DNA from: Bacteroidales bacterium | GTDB lineage: Bacteria > Bacteroidota > Bacteroidia > Bacteroidales > VadinHA17 | Direction of reading: 5' to 3' | NCBI GenBank assembly: GCA_035390825.1 | Contig: DAOOUQ010000003.1 | Location: 105,268-169,267, forward strand | DNA: 64,000 bases | Shown: piece after piece, positions 9,826-20,924 of the stretch | How positions within the stretch are numbered: position 1 is the stretch's first letter | Layout: each line of letters opens with the position of its first letter | Program-made: the position numbers and the translations under genes | The notes under the pieces: generated by a model | Seen by the model: only the letters and a program-made list of their open reading frames with translations | What the model was told of the DNA's origin: nothing | Databases searched by the model: none

Positions 9826-11646
9826 ATGAATGCGATGCCAGTGGTAATCGGGACAATAGTGATATTTGTCCTGGCTTACAGATTCTATTTCAGTTTTGTT
9901 GCGGCAAAAGCTGCGGTTACTGATGATTTGGCCAAGACCCCGGCTTACAGGTTGTATGACGGGCAGAATTATTACCCGATGAACAAATGGGTGTTGTTCG
10001 GGCATCATTTCGCAGCAATAGCCGGAGCGGGACCTCTTGTCGGACCGGTTCTGGCGGCACAGTTTGGCTTTATGCCTGGATTTCTGTGGATGCTCATTGG
10101 GTCAGTCATGGCGGGTGCCGTTCATGATTTCATTATTCTGACAGCCTCCGTTCAGCACGATGCAAAATCGCTTGCAGCAATAGCAAAGGCTGAGATAGGT
10201 AAGGTGAGCGGGGCGACAACATCTTTTGCAATAATTCTTATTATAGTGGTTGCACTGGCCGGGCTGGGCCTGGTTGTTGTAAATGCTCTATCGGAAAGTT
10301 CGTGGGGAACATTCACAATAGCATCCACTATTCCGATTGCAATTCTGATGGGATTATGGATGTTCAGGATAAGAAAAGGAAAGACTTCAGAGGCCACTGT
10401 GTTTGGAGTGCTTATACTGATAGCAGTTGTAATTATCGGCAGGTATATTCCGGATTCAAGGTTTGCCGGGTGGTTCACATTCGGTCATAAATCGCTTACG
10501 ATTTTAATAGCGGTTTATGGATTTCTTGCTTCTGTTCTCCCTGTTTGGCTTCTCCTATCTCCGCGCGATTACCTCAGTTCGATTATGAAAATAACGGTGA
10601 TAGCCCTGCTGGCAATCGGACTTATCATTGTTGCCCCTGAAATAAAGATGCCGGCATTTACCGAATATGGCAAAGGAGGAGGGCCGATAATTCCCGGGAA
10701 ATTGTTTCCATATCTTTTCATCACAATTGCTTGCGGAGCCATTTCCGGATTTCATTCTCTTGTAAGCTCGGGAACAACGCCAAAGATGATAATGAAGGAA
10801 TCTCATATCAAACCCATAGCCGTAGGGGCGATGCTTACCGAAGGCGCCGTCAGCATCATGGCCCTTATTGCTGCCACAAGCCTTCTGCCTCTCGATTATT
10901 TCCAGATAAATGTACCGGTTGATAAAATTCAGGCTGTGCTGCCCCGGCTTCATGAAATGGGTTTCACTGAATCGAATCTCGACCAGCTTTCCGCCAGCGT
11001 AGGGGAAAAGATCGCAGGGCGTACCGGAGGCGCAGTGTCCCTTGGAGTCGGAATGGCATATATCTTTTCATCAATCCCGGGCATGGACCACCTGATGTCG
11101 TACTGGTATCATTTTGCAATAATGTTTGAGGCCTTGTTCATTCTGACCACCATAGATGCCGGGACAAGGATTGGAAGATTCGTCCTTCAGGAAACTTTCG
11201 GGAAGGTTTACAAACCTTTTCAGAGAACGGACTGGCTGCCCGGAAATCTCATTACAAGCGCAATCATTGTTTTTGCATGGGGCTATTTCATTTATACGGG
11301 TACTGTGGCAACTATCTGGCCCATGTTCGGATCGGCAAACCAGCTGCTGGCAACTGTAGCACTGGCAATTGGAACATCTTTCATTATAAACAGGGGCAGG
11401 GTAAAATACGCGTGGATAACAATATTGCCAATGTTGTTTGTAGGGGTAACCACTCTTACAGCGGCAATTCTGAATATTAAGAATATTTACCTTCCTCAGC
11501 TTGATTCAGCGCAGTCAAGGGTTCCCGGAATTATTAACATGGCTCTTACTGTGTCAATTATAATTTCGGTATTCATAATTGTATTCAATGCCGTGCCTGC
11601 CTGGATCAGGGCATTCACGGGGAAGAGCCCTTCAAAGAACCAATGA
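9826..11646 (+). CDS. cstA: Carbon starvation protein CstA (peptide/pyruvate transporter family)
   Basis: 606 aa polytopic membrane protein. The N-terminal [23 protein letters not shown] motif is characteristic of CstA. Confidence 0.9.
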   Translation: MNAMPVVIGTIVIFVLAYRFYFSFVAAKAAVTDDLAKTPAYRLYDGQNYYPMNKWVLFGHHFAAIAGAGPLVGPVLAAQFGFMPGFLWMLIGSVMAGAVHDFIILTASVQHDAKSLAAIAKAEIGKVSGATTSFAIILIIVVALAGLGLVVVNALSESSWGTFTIASTIPIAILMGLWMFRIRKGKTSEATVFGVLILIAVVIIGRYIPDSRFAGWFTFGHKSLTILIAVYGFLASVLPVWLLLSPRDYLSSIMKITVIALLAIGLIIVAPEIKMPAFTEYGKGGGPIIPGKLFPYLFITIACGAISGFHSLVSSGTTPKMIMKESHIKPIAVGAMLTEGAVSIMALIAATSLLPLDYFQINVPVDKIQAVLPRLHEMGFTESNLDQLSASVGEKIAGRTGGAVSLGVGMAYIFSSIPGMDHLMSYWYHFAIMFEALFILTTIDAGTRIGRFVLQETFGKVYKPFQRTDWLPGNLITSAIIVFAWGYFIYTGTVATIWPMFGSANQLLATVALAIGTSFIINRGRVKYAWITILPMLFVGVTTLTAAILNIKNIYLPQLDSAQSRVPGIINMALTVSIIISVFIIVFNAVPAWIRAFTGKSPSKNQ

Positions 11647-11732
11647 TTATGTTATTTTTGCTGGTCTGTAATTTATTGCAGCCTGCCTTCGTTAAATTGG
11701 CACCTGTTGGAATTTATTTTTAATATTTTGAA

Positions 11733-12365
11733 ATGGAGATAATTAATACGGTTATTGACTGGTACATGGCCAATCTGAATTACTTTACTGTAATGCTGCT
11801 TATGGCGATTGAAAGCTCTTTTATTCCTTTCCCGTCGGAAGTGGTAATTCCATTTGCAGCATATAAGGCTGCCCAGGGCGACATGAACGTTTTCCTGGTT
11901 GTTCTGGCAGGGACGGCAGGGGCTTTGATCGGAGCCTGTTTCAACTATTTTTTCGCCAAATATCTTGGACGGCCTATCTTGTATAAATTCTCGGGGTCAA
12001 CACTGGGCCGGCTTCTTCTTCTGTCGCAGGAAAAAGTCGAACACGCAGAGAAATATTTTGTTAAGCATGGCAAGGCTTCAACGTTCATCGGCCGGCTTGT
12101 ACCTGCTGTACGTCAGCTTATCTCCCTTCCGGCCGGACTGGCAAATATGAATTTAAAGGATTTTATCCTCTATACCCTTGCAGGAGCAGGTATCTGGAAT
12201 ATTATCCTTGCGCTTATAGGATACTTCATTTACGATCTTAAAGACAAGATCTTCCCATATCTCGATGATATACTTATAGGTGTCGGAATAATCTTTGTTG
12301 CATATCTTGTCATAAAGGGTTTACAACAGAGAAAAAGAACCAGAGAAGCAGGCAACAAGGACTAG
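11733..12365 (+). CDS. DedA-family membrane protein
   Basis: 210 aa with ESSFIPFPSEVV and GRLVPAVRQLISLPAG motifs (SNARE-associated/DedA). Confidence 0.85.
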   Translation: MEIINTVIDWYMANLNYFTVMLLMAIESSFIPFPSEVVIPFAAYKAAQGDMNVFLVVLAGTAGALIGACFNYFFAKYLGRPILYKFSGSTLGRLLLLSQEKVEHAEKYFVKHGKASTFIGRLVPAVRQLISLPAGLANMNLKDFILYTLAGAGIWNIILALIGYFIYDLKDKIFPYLDDILIGVGIIFVAYLVIKGLQQRKRTREAGNKD

Positions 12366-13132
12366 AACCTTAATGAAAGGCAGCTTAGCCCTCCGTCGAG
12401 TTTCCTGAATTCCGAAACATCTGTCACGATTGTATTGTAGCCGTTTTCTTCTATGAGCCTTTTTGTTTCAGGAAAGCCATCAGGGACAATGACGGTTCCG
12501 TTCAGCCAAACGGAATTTGCAGCATAGCCTTCACTATCAGGAACAAGGATTTTTCTGAAGGAATTAAATTCCTTAATGCCGGCAAGTCCCTTTATTACAA
12601 GAATTACATTATTCTCAAGGTATGAAACTCCTGATTTCAGGTGAAGCATTCCTGACAGGCGGATCTTTGAGCCAGTGAAACCATATTTTTCAAGTATCCT
12701 TATAAGCTGTTCAGCTCCGGTAAGATTTGTCCGGTCAGAGACCCCTATGAAAAAGTGATCCCCGGCCATCATAACATCGCCGGCTTCAAGTGTTCCCGGG
12801 TCAGTAATTGCCTCGATATTTTCAAAATACTCTTTAAGAACATTATTCATTCCTTTGATTTCACCTTTTCTGGACTGGGCCCCGGGATTGGTTATCACAG
12901 CGAATCGCGACGTACACAGCGCGACATCCTCTATAAAGACAGAATCGGGAAATTCTTCCTCAGGGTCGAGTATATTAACTGTTAGGCCGCATTCCTTAAG
13001 TTTTCTGATGTATTCCGAGTGCTGGACAAGAGTATCTTCATAGACAGGGACTCCGGCGCCTGAAGTGGACAAACCATTGACAACCGAGCGGCCTGGTTTC
13101 CGGACTATTGCATGACTAAAAATCAGCGACAT
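12362..13132 (-). CDS. Dimethylarginine dimethylaminohydrolase-like amidinotransferase-fold enzyme
   Basis: 256 aa. The N-terminus AIVRKPGRSVVNGLST and the C-terminal GGLSCLSLRF (catalytic Cys) are typical of the DDAH/arginine deiminase superfamily. Confidence 0.72.
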   Translation of the reverse strand: MSLIFSHAIVRKPGRSVVNGLSTSGAGVPVYEDTLVQHSEYIRKLKECGLTVNILDPEEEFPDSVFIEDVALCTSRFAVITNPGAQSRKGEIKGMNNVLKEYFENIEAITDPGTLEAGDVMMAGDHFFIGVSDRTNLTGAEQLIRILEKYGFTGSKIRLSGMLHLKSGVSYLENNVILVIKGLAGIKEFNSFRKILVPDSEGYAANSVWLNGTVIVPDGFPETKRLIEENGYNTIVTDVSEFRKLDGGLSCLSLRF

Positions 13133-13157
13133 GAAATTTCTATTCCTGTTACGGTTG

Positions 13158-14984
13158 TTATTTAAGCCATGAACTGAGAATTGCTCCCTGCACCGGTGAA
13201 ATATCTGATGCCGGGTGTATATTATAATTTATTGTTAATTTTTTCACAGGAGTTATCGCTGATTCATTTGAAATATCCCGGTGAACGGTCTTAAAAAGTA
13301 TTTTATTTCCGTCCGCAGCATTGAGCAGAGTATCATTGAAAAGATCCATTGTGGCTTTCTGACCGTTAATTTCGGTTATAATGTCCTGTGAGCTGAGACC
13401 TGCCTCCCATGCCGGAGAATCCCGTTCGACCCTTGAAATGACCACATTATCCCCGTTCTGGCAGACATCTGCTCCGATCCAGTAACCATCCGATTCCACA
13501 GGTTCCGTATCAATTGTCAGACCTGCATAGGCAAGGTATTTTTTATAATCTATTTCCTCTGTTGTCGGGATAAAACTGTCAAAGATCTCGTTTAAGGAGG
13601 TTCCTGCTGTTTTTTCGCATACCTCGCGGAACTCTTTGTCGGTGAAACCTCGTTTCTTACCCTTGTAATAGGTATTGTAAAGAGTTCTCATTACATCATC
13701 AAGTGATTTTTTGTTTCCTGATTCATATCTGATTTTAAGGTCAAGAAGCATTCCGATTGCACATCCTTTGTCATAATAAGAAATTGTAGTATTTGCGGCA
13801 TTTTCAGACCTGTTCAGGAAAAACAACCAGGAATCGAAGCTCGATTCAGAAACTGATTGAAAAAGCCGGCCCGGAATATTTTCGTATGCTGCGACAGATG
13901 AGGACATTTCCTTAAAAACATCATCACGTGTAAAGAACCCGGCCCGGTTAAGGATCAGGTTTTCATAATAGGACGTCACACCTTCGGAGAACCAGAGCAT
14001 TGTTGTGTAGTTTTCCCTGTCGTAGTCGAAAGGACCGAGATCGATTGGTCTTATTGTTTTAACATTGTAAAGGTGGAAGAACTCGTGGGCGATGAATGAA
14101 AGCCACCCGTTTCCGACCCTGCCTGATTCTGAATTAAGGCGGTTTGTAAAAACTGCCATTGAATTTGTATGTTCGAGGCCTCCCATTCCGTTATTCATCA
14201 TGATGAAAGTATAATGCCGGTACGGTATTTCACCGATAACAGCAGTTGCGGTCTCCACAATCTTTCGGAAATCGTTTACCAGTTCAGTCCTGCTAAGGTT
14301 TCCAAGGTTTTCAGCTGCAATTGTATAGGGAATGCCGCCCGTTTCAAATTTCAGGATTTCCTGATTTCCGGCAAGAATTGGACAATCATAGAGTACGTCA
14401 AAGTCAGGGGCGTAATAGGTATGTTCTTTTCCTGGTACCGGATCGAGACCTGTGGAGACTTCCTTAAACTTTTCATAAGGTTTGACAGTAACTGTCACAG
14501 GGTGATCTTTACCCCCGGCAGGATACATATAGATCCCGGTCGGTGAGATAAATCCTCTTCCGTCATCAAGGAATGAATCTGCAACTGAGACCCTGAAAGC
14601 ATAAACATCATAGCTTACATGGATCGATTTAACACCGGCTGTATTAATTTTCCACCTGTTTTTTGCTGTCTTCTTCCACAAAAGTTCCTTTCCCGAAGCT
14701 TCTGTTACCCTGAAATTCAAAACATTTTTAGGATAATCCATTATCATGTAATAGCCAGGCGTCCAGACAGGCATTTTTAGCTCGGTATTGTCATCCTTAA
14801 GGCCAGAAAAGTAAAGCGAGATATGGAAATAATGATTATTTGGGTTTTCCATAGAAATTGTGTATTCGATTGTTGAACCTGGTGATCCCCAAACGCGATC
14901 ATTAAACCCTTCCGCCAGGCTAAGTGCAACAAAAAGTGAGATTGCCAGTATCCTGTGATGTTTAAAAGAGAGTCTTCTATTCAT
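13158..14984 (-). CDS. M61 glycyl aminopeptidase-family metallopeptidase with a C-terminal PDZ domain
   Basis: HEFFHLYN (HExxH) zinc motif, a signal peptide and a PDZ-like C-terminal region. The track start at 14996 is TTG; the first ATG (MNRRLSF...) is at 14984. Confidence 0.85.
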   Translation of the reverse strand: MNRRLSFKHHRILAISLFVALSLAEGFNDRVWGSPGSTIEYTISMENPNNHYFHISLYFSGLKDDNTELKMPVWTPGYYMIMDYPKNVLNFRVTEASGKELLWKKTAKNRWKINTAGVKSIHVSYDVYAFRVSVADSFLDDGRGFISPTGIYMYPAGGKDHPVTVTVKPYEKFKEVSTGLDPVPGKEHTYYAPDFDVLYDCPILAGNQEILKFETGGIPYTIAAENLGNLSRTELVNDFRKIVETATAVIGEIPYRHYTFIMMNNGMGGLEHTNSMAVFTNRLNSESGRVGNGWLSFIAHEFFHLYNVKTIRPIDLGPFDYDRENYTTMLWFSEGVTSYYENLILNRAGFFTRDDVFKEMSSSVAAYENIPGRLFQSVSESSFDSWLFFLNRSENAANTTISYYDKGCAIGMLLDLKIRYESGNKKSLDDVMRTLYNTYYKGKKRGFTDKEFREVCEKTAGTSLNEIFDSFIPTTEEIDYKKYLAYAGLTIDTEPVESDGYWIGADVCQNGDNVVISRVERDSPAWEAGLSSQDIITEINGQKATMDLFNDTLLNAADGNKILFKTVHRDISNESAITPVKKLTINYNIHPASDISPVQGAILSSWLK

Positions 14985-15008
14985 TCCACTTTTCAATTAG
15001 TTTTGGAT

Positions 15009-18000
15009 TTATTCGGCTGACAAACTGAAGATTTTAACCGGCCCCAGAAGTCCCGAAGGCAGGAGAGGAGAATCGGCCCTGTAAAAGGCCATAGTTGTAT
15101 ATGTATATTTCTTTTCGATTCCCGGCTGCTGATCTCCGATGAGGCGGTTAACCCACAGGTTGGTGACTTTTATTTCAAGGTCGTTTGATCCTGTTTCCAA
15201 TTTCCCGGTAATATCGATCCTGAATGGTGTTTTCCAGACTATGCCAAGGGATTTTCCATTTAAATATACTTCAGCCAGGTTTTTTACATTTCCAAGGTCG
15301 AGCCAGACTTTTTTGTCTTTATCGAGCCAGTTTTGCGGCACGTCGATGCTCTTTGAATATGTGCATGTTCCTGAAAAATATTTTACGCCTGGATCAGAAT
15401 TTGTATTCCATTCCGACAGTGAGTCGAGCGTTATTCTGTCGGGAGCTCCCCTTCCGGCCTGAAACGACAAATCCCATGGCCCTTTTATCTCGGAAAGAAA
15501 AGTCTCCACAGGTTGCTGTATTATCCTTGACTTTTCAGAGGTTCTCTTCCTGAAAACAACAAATATTGCATCATCCGGAACAAGGCTGAGAGGTACTTTT
15601 GTCAGTCCGTTTGAAATTTCAAATGAGGCCTGTTCAATCTTCCCGGTTTCGGGATGCCATATTTCAGCTTCCCGGCCTTCAATCCTGAATATTGCATCAA
15701 CTTTTTCATATTCTGGTTTTCTGTTGTTCACCCAGTAAATGTCCGTCCCCGGGAACGACCGATGTACAAACAAAAGGCGGGCATCAGGTCCCGAATATTG
15801 AAAATCAGGTTCAATCCTTAGTTCATTAAGAACATCTTTTAAATTTCTCCCGGAGTAGACCTTTCCTTTCCCGGAGGTTGTAACTCCGTTTTCTGATGCC
15901 CATAGTCTGTCAGCTAGTTCCTTAAACTGGTCAGGGTCATCGCTGTTGCTTGGCGACGAAACAGGTTTTTGTCCGAGGACGATTGCCCCGGCTTCGACCA
16001 GGTTTGCTATTTTTCTGAGGACCGGCAGAGTCATAAAAATGCTGTTTTTGTCGAGAACCAGTATTTTATAGGTCATCCCTGATGGAGTGGCAATTTCCCC
16101 GTTCTTAAACGAAAGAAGGTTGAGAAGGGCATCTGAGTTTACAAAATCATAATTATAACCATCAGGAATGTCAGGCAGTTTATCCCCGAAAAGGGCTGTT
16201 ATGTTATTGTCTTCACCGTAATAATAAGCTATGTCTGCAACAAATCTGCCCTGCTGGAGCATGTAAGAGCTGCGTGCAAGATAGGTTGTCCATGGTAATG
16301 CCTGTTCCGCCCAGGTCTCATGACGGGTGAACCACTGCCCGAAAGGACCAAGCCCCAGACCAGGGATCTTATCGTTAACAGGTTGGTGGACTGATGTATG
16401 GATTACGAACCTGTTCAGGCCCATTGCCAGCTCCATATCTGCTGTTGGCTTAAGCCTTTCAGGGGAGAACGCCCAGGTATTTCCTATGGCAGTCATTGAT
16501 TCTGCAGCTACGAGGTTCTGGCCGTAAAGATGGGCAACAGATGCCGATTCCCGGACATCAGCCCTGTACCTTGTCGCTACTCCCTCACTCTCACTTCCGG
16601 CGAATCCTCCAGGAGTCCATGCAGCACTCATTGGAATGTCGGCCGTTCGTTTAACATCCATACCATCACCGATGAATGCCCGGCCGCTCTCATGCGATTC
16701 GGTATAGCGGCCCATATTTCTTTTCTTCAGGATTGTTGTAAGCTGGTCATAGTGATTCTCGGCTGTCAGTTCCCCTATGGTCTTTCTGAAATCCCAGAGG
16801 AACCTGTCGCTGGCTTCTGCGCTCTCCACGATATGACCTGTCAGTGCCGGGAGCCATGGGATAATGTCATATCCCCGGCGGGCAGAAAATTCCGTCATCA
16901 TGCTGTCAGTCCAGTTTTGAACACCAGCTTCCCAGCTGTCAGTAATTATATAGCGCAGACCCCTGGTACCCATAAGGCCTCCGGTGGCATCCTTATACTG
17001 ATCGAGATAGTTATCAAAATAAGCCTTTACATGGCCTGCATTGAGTTTGTCTACTTCAAGCCCTGTAGCTTCGGGTGAGGCCGGTGAATTCTTATGACCG
17101 GTTAGCGAATAGCCAAGACGAAGTATTGCCCACCGGCCTTCCGGAGGTGTCCACTGAAGCTTGCCGTCTGGACCCATCCTGGAGCTAAGATCAACAACAT
17201 CTTCCTTTTTTATGCATGCATTACCGGCTTCCTTCAGAGTAGCCATATTGTATATTCCGGCCGCTGAGGTAAATCCTGCCTTGTCCTCGAACCTGTTTAT
17301 CCTTGCTACCGGGAACAGAACAAGTTCGGATATATTTATACCCCTTTCTGGAGGCCTCATAGCTGAAGTATTAATCCCGAAATAAGATGCGACTCCGCTG
17401 TTTACACTTGGCGGAGGAGGAATGAGGAAGGAAATCCTGAAATATTTTGCCTTGACAGGTGCAAATGTAAACGTGTTCTGGAAGGAGCCTCCTGCAGGTA
17501 TTTCAAAAACCTGCCGGAACGATATCCCGTCGTCCGATGCCTCGAGAGTTCTTTTAACCTCAGGTCCATCCGAAATTCCAGGGAACCTCATTCCGGTCTC
17601 TCTTTTCACCATCGACATGGATTGTATCGTTTCAGGTTCACTGAATTCAAATCTTATCCATGCCTTTTCATTGTTCTTTCCTGCAGGAAGAAATGAAAAA
17701 TTTGAAAGGTCGCCGTCAGTAAGATCGGCAAGGTCAAATTTTCCGGCACTGGAGGTTACTTTTGGGTTCATCTCAGCAAGCGACCTTTCATTTTCCGGAA
17801 GACGAAAAGCAACAACTGCAGCATCAGCATAGAATTCAGGTAAGTTTTTGTCTGTCGACATTCCGCCTGTATAGCCTCCAAGCTCCCCGATATTCTGGAA
17901 TATGCCTGTGGTTGAAGGAGGATGTGGCAATATTCCGTCAAACGATTTTCCTCCCTCGATCCTTATTTCACTCCAGACCAGTTTTTTCATGGCCTGAGCA

Positions 18001-18428
18001 GGGGTAACCCACGGGCCTCCGCTTTCGCTCCAGCCCGGAGATCCGGCAATAGCCATTTCAAGGCCAAGCGAGTCAGCCAGTTTTGTTGTAAAGAGAAAGG
18101 CGTCTTTCCATTCAGGTGTCATGTAAATGAGCCGCTTTGCAACAATCTGTGGAGAAGCAAGCCCCGCATCAAAATTCTGAAATCCGGCTATACCTATACG
18201 ATGCATCCATTCAAGATCGGCCCTGATGCCCTCCCTGGTTACATTGCCATTCATCCAGTGCCACCATACGCGTGGTCTTGCACTTTCAGGAGGATTCTGA
18301 AATCCGGCTTCCAGATCGATGCTTTTTCCTGATCCCGAACATCTGACCAGCATAATGCATATTGCCATCAGTGCCAGGGTCCAGTTCAATGCCCTGATTG
18401 TTGCCGAAGGAACTCTGTTGTATTTCAT
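15009..18428 (-). CDS. Large exported glycoside hydrolase (GH106-like / 'GH2 sugar-binding domain' family; exact family uncertain)
   Basis: 1139 aa with a signal peptide. The N-terminal PRVWWHWMNGNVTREGIRADLEWMHRIGIAGFQNFD motif is typical of this roughly 1100-aa Bacteroidota/Acidobacteria hydrolase family. There is a C-terminal galactose-binding-like region. Confidence 0.6.
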   Translation of the reverse strand: MKYNRVPSATIRALNWTLALMAICIMLVRCSGSGKSIDLEAGFQNPPESARPRVWWHWMNGNVTREGIRADLEWMHRIGIAGFQNFDAGLASPQIVAKRLIYMTPEWKDAFLFTTKLADSLGLEMAIAGSPGWSESGGPWVTPAQAMKKLVWSEIRIEGGKSFDGILPHPPSTTGIFQNIGELGGYTGGMSTDKNLPEFYADAAVVAFRLPENERSLAEMNPKVTSSAGKFDLADLTDGDLSNFSFLPAGKNNEKAWIRFEFSEPETIQSMSMVKRETGMRFPGISDGPEVKRTLEASDDGISFRQVFEIPAGGSFQNTFTFAPVKAKYFRISFLIPPPPSVNSGVASYFGINTSAMRPPERGINISELVLFPVARINRFEDKAGFTSAAGIYNMATLKEAGNACIKKEDVVDLSSRMGPDGKLQWTPPEGRWAILRLGYSLTGHKNSPASPEATGLEVDKLNAGHVKAYFDNYLDQYKDATGGLMGTRGLRYIITDSWEAGVQNWTDSMMTEFSARRGYDIIPWLPALTGHIVESAEASDRFLWDFRKTIGELTAENHYDQLTTILKKRNMGRYTESHESGRAFIGDGMDVKRTADIPMSAAWTPGGFAGSESEGVATRYRADVRESASVAHLYGQNLVAAESMTAIGNTWAFSPERLKPTADMELAMGLNRFVIHTSVHQPVNDKIPGLGLGPFGQWFTRHETWAEQALPWTTYLARSSYMLQQGRFVADIAYYYGEDNNITALFGDKLPDIPDGYNYDFVNSDALLNLLSFKNGEIATPSGMTYKILVLDKNSIFMTLPVLRKIANLVEAGAIVLGQKPVSSPSNSDDPDQFKELADRLWASENGVTTSGKGKVYSGRNLKDVLNELRIEPDFQYSGPDARLLFVHRSFPGTDIYWVNNRKPEYEKVDAIFRIEGREAEIWHPETGKIEQASFEISNGLTKVPLSLVPDDAIFVVFRKRTSEKSRIIQQPVETFLSEIKGPWDLSFQAGRGAPDRITLDSLSEWNTNSDPGVKYFSGTCTYSKSIDVPQNWLDKDKKVWLDLGNVKNLAEVYLNGKSLGIVWKTPFRIDITGKLETGSNDLEIKVTNLWVNRLIGDQQPGIEKKYTYTTMAFYRADSPLLPSGLLGPVKIFSLSAE

Positions 18429-18441
18429 CTTTGTGGAGTAA

Positions 18442-19275
18442 TCAGGTTTGTTTTAGGTTTTCTGATAACTTATATACTTCATCCTTTACGTACTGAGCCC
18501 ATTCATGATGGGTAAGTTCGCGTGTAAATGTCTGATATGGAACGATATTTCCAAAAACAATCGATACTGTGGAATTGTGCTGTTTCATCATTTCGCGGGG
18601 GAGAAGTATAGTCTCAATGTACATTTTTATGCCCAGCATCTTACGGATACGGGCGACGTTGTAAAAAAGATTTGAATTCCTGCCGCTTATAAAAACCGGA
18701 ACGACATCTCTTTTATACTGAATCGCTTTCGTAATGAAACTCTTCTGCCAGGTGATATCCGATATTGATCCGTTGGTTCTTCTTGATACTTCACCTGCCG
18801 GAAAGATAAGAATCTGTTTATCCGATTCAAAAAGTCTGTTGAGTTCCCCTGCAGTATCCCTGGAATTTCTGCCGAAGACATTCAATCCCAGAAGGAGAGG
18901 CCTGATGTTGGGTATAATATTCAAAAGCTCATTTGAGGGAGAAATGATAGCCGGGTAGATGCTGCCCACAACGCTGAAAAAGGATAGAGCATCAATTCCA
19001 CCGACAGGATGGTTGGCAGCAAATACAAACCTGCCATTTTCAGGCAGTCTTTCCCTTCCATGGACGTTCACACTGACATTCCAGTATTTAAGGACATCCC
19101 TGACAAAGGGTACGCCTGTTTTATCCCTGTTATGGTAAATTGTCTCATTCATTTCATCCTGCCGGATGAGTTTTTCGATCATCCTGATTACAAAAGGCGG
19201 GAGTGATCTCAGAAATTGAGAGTTGCTTGTTTTAAACTCTTTTTCAATATCAATGATTTTATCTGTCTCGGGCAT
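18442..19275 (-). CDS. Lysophospholipid (1-acyl-sn-glycerol-3-phosphate type) acyltransferase
   Basis: HX4D acyltransferase motif NHPVGGID and a later FPAGEVSR block. The track start at 19293 is TTG; the first ATG is at 19275. Confidence 0.75.
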   Translation of the reverse strand: MPETDKIIDIEKEFKTSNSQFLRSLPPFVIRMIEKLIRQDEMNETIYHNRDKTGVPFVRDVLKYWNVSVNVHGRERLPENGRFVFAANHPVGGIDALSFFSVVGSIYPAIISPSNELLNIIPNIRPLLLGLNVFGRNSRDTAGELNRLFESDKQILIFPAGEVSRRTNGSISDITWQKSFITKAIQYKRDVVPVFISGRNSNLFYNVARIRKMLGIKMYIETILLPREMMKQHNSTVSIVFGNIVPYQTFTRELTHHEWAQYVKDEVYKLSENLKQT

Positions 19276-19322
19276 ATTTATGTGTCGTCTCAATGAATCC
19301 GGGCTTTGTTTATAATCATATC

Positions 19323-19679
19323 TTATTCAACGATTTCGGCATCATCAAATTTCTGCGATCTGTAAGTTACCCGGTGATGCTGAACCCGGTGGACGCCTTT
19401 GCTTCCAAAAAATCCCCAGCCTCCGCTTCCTAGAAGAAACCCGAGAGCATAGAGGCCTCCGTTATTGTTCTGGGCATACATTGTAATGTCCTTATTGAAG
19501 AGCATCCCGATAAAATCAAACGGTGCTATGAATCCGTGCCATAGTCCACCGAAAAATCCGTATCTGTGACCCGTCAGGCACTGGTCAACAACTTCATTTT
19601 GTGCACAGCCTGAGAGCAGGAATAATATGAAAAGAATAAAAATTCCTGAAATGATTTTACTATAATTCTGAGCTTTCAT
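19323..19679 (-). CDS. Small lipoprotein/membrane protein, function unknown
   Basis: 118 aa with a lipobox (LLSGC) and a Gly-rich hydrophobic segment (GGLYALGFLLGSGGWGFFG). Confidence 0.5.
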   Translation of the reverse strand: MKAQNYSKIISGIFILFILFLLSGCAQNEVVDQCLTGHRYGFFGGLWHGFIAPFDFIGMLFNKDITMYAQNNNGGLYALGFLLGSGGWGFFGSKGVHRVQHHRVTYRSQKFDDAEIVE

Positions 19680-19702
19680 CTTATAAATGGTTGGTTATTG
19701 AT

Positions 19703-20233
19703 TCAAAACAGGATCCCGTCAACGGGCTTTCCTGAATATTTCTTTTCGTGGTTGATCAGCCAGCGTTTCCTTTCGAGGCCTCCTCCGTATCCTGTCAGGC
19801 TCCCGTCAGCCCCGATTACACGATGGCAGGGAATGACAATGGCAATCCGGTTTGAACCATTGGCATGGCCTACCGCCCTTATTGCACCAGGTTTGTTAAG
19901 CTTTTCTGCCTGATCCTGGTAAGAGATAGTGTCTCCATACGGAATTTCCTTCAGACCATTCCAGACTTCCACCTGGAAATCTGTTCCGGGAGTTATTAAT
20001 TTCAGGGAGAACTCTTTCCTCTTGCCTTTGAAGTATTCCTTTAACTGCCTTTTAAGAGCCCAGAGATGCCGGTTGCTTCCTGATCGGATCCCAGAACCGA
20101 ATATGTGTTCAAGTTCTTCGAGATCTGAACCAGGATTTTGGGAGTCGGCGAATGCCAGAAGACAAATGCCTTCTTTAACAGCGGCTGCCTTCATTTTCCC
20201 AAGGGGAGTTTCTATTACAGTTGTTTTAATCAT
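19703..20233 (-). CDS. ogt: Methylated-DNA--protein-cysteine methyltransferase
   Basis: 176 aa with the active-site motif IPCHRVIGADGSLTGYGGGLERKRWLINHE. Confidence 0.9.
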   Translation of the reverse strand: MIKTTVIETPLGKMKAAAVKEGICLLAFADSQNPGSDLEELEHIFGSGIRSGSNRHLWALKRQLKEYFKGKRKEFSLKLITPGTDFQVEVWNGLKEIPYGDTISYQDQAEKLNKPGAIRAVGHANGSNRIAIVIPCHRVIGADGSLTGYGGGLERKRWLINHEKKYSGKPVDGILF

Positions 20234-20378
20234 TTGGCAATTAATTCTTTGCTCTCAGCAGGCACTCAGGGCTGAATAGTTTTACCGGTCCTCGCTGTCG
20301 GGCAGCGATAGTAAAAATAAACTAAAATACCGGTTTGCAGGCCAGATCAGATCTCGGTTTTTAAGCATTTATTCTCTT

Positions 20379-20813
20379 CTATTGTTCCTTGCCAGGTTTA
20401 AACCTGTCAGAAGCCGATTTTATGAATTTTGCATTCCTGAACCTCATTGCCGACCAGTCGTCATCCACATTTACAAGCCTGACACTGAAGAAACCGAGAT
20501 CGTTCAAAGCTTTCCATCCGTGATCCCTGTCGAGCCCTGGTGATGAATTTTTCGAGTTCTTTTTCGGATAGCAAAACCATAATATTCCGTCAACCTTAAG
20601 GTTATGAAGTGCAGCAGGTGTAAATTCATCGACCTCAGACGGATTTTTTACAAAAATGATCATGAAATCGTATGGGTACCGGGGATCAATCTCATTATCT
20701 ATCTGTATTTCTTTTATTTCTTTTACAGGTGCAAGGCTGAAGTTTTTTTCGGCATTGATCAAGGCAATCCGCTGCTGGCCTTTGTAGTTAAGTTTTTCGA
20801 GAAGCGTCCTCAT
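20379..20813 (-). CDS. Hypothetical cytoplasmic protein
   Basis: 144-aa ORF with coding-like composition and no motif I recognise. Confidence 0.45.
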   Translation of the reverse strand: MRTLLEKLNYKGQQRIALINAEKNFSLAPVKEIKEIQIDNEIDPRYPYDFMIIFVKNPSEVDEFTPAALHNLKVDGILWFCYPKKNSKNSSPGLDRDHGWKALNDLGFFSVRLVNVDDDWSAMRFRNAKFIKSASDRFKPGKEQ

Positions 20814-20877
20814 ATAAGTTCCCCTAATTTAATGGCAATTTAACAAAAATATCAATCGGCATAAAAACCTTTCAGGT

Positions 20878-20910
20878 TTTGATGAAATCCGTCAAAAGAT
20901 AGTAAATTTG
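20878..20910 (+). promoter_or_regulatory. Bacteroidota sigma-A type promoter (-33 TTTG / -7 TAAATTTG) for the riboswitch-led operon
   Basis: TTTG at 20878-20881 and TAAATTTG at 20903-20910 are separated by 21 nt. This matches the published Bacteroides consensus TTTG-N19-21-TAnnTTTG. The predicted start lies just before the THI-box. Confidence 0.5.
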
Positions 20911-20924
20911 CAATATCGAATATG

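Noticed and set aside
12362-12365. The convergent dedA and DDAH-like genes share a palindromic CTAG as overlapping stop codons.
   Set aside because: The overlap is real but trivial and needs no functional explanation.
16530-17078. A 182-aa plus-strand ORF inside the glycoside hydrolase gene, together with the other 60-136-aa ORFs across 15.1-18.3 kb.
   Set aside because: They are antisense to a continuous 1139-aa ORF with clear family motifs, so they are shadow ORFs.
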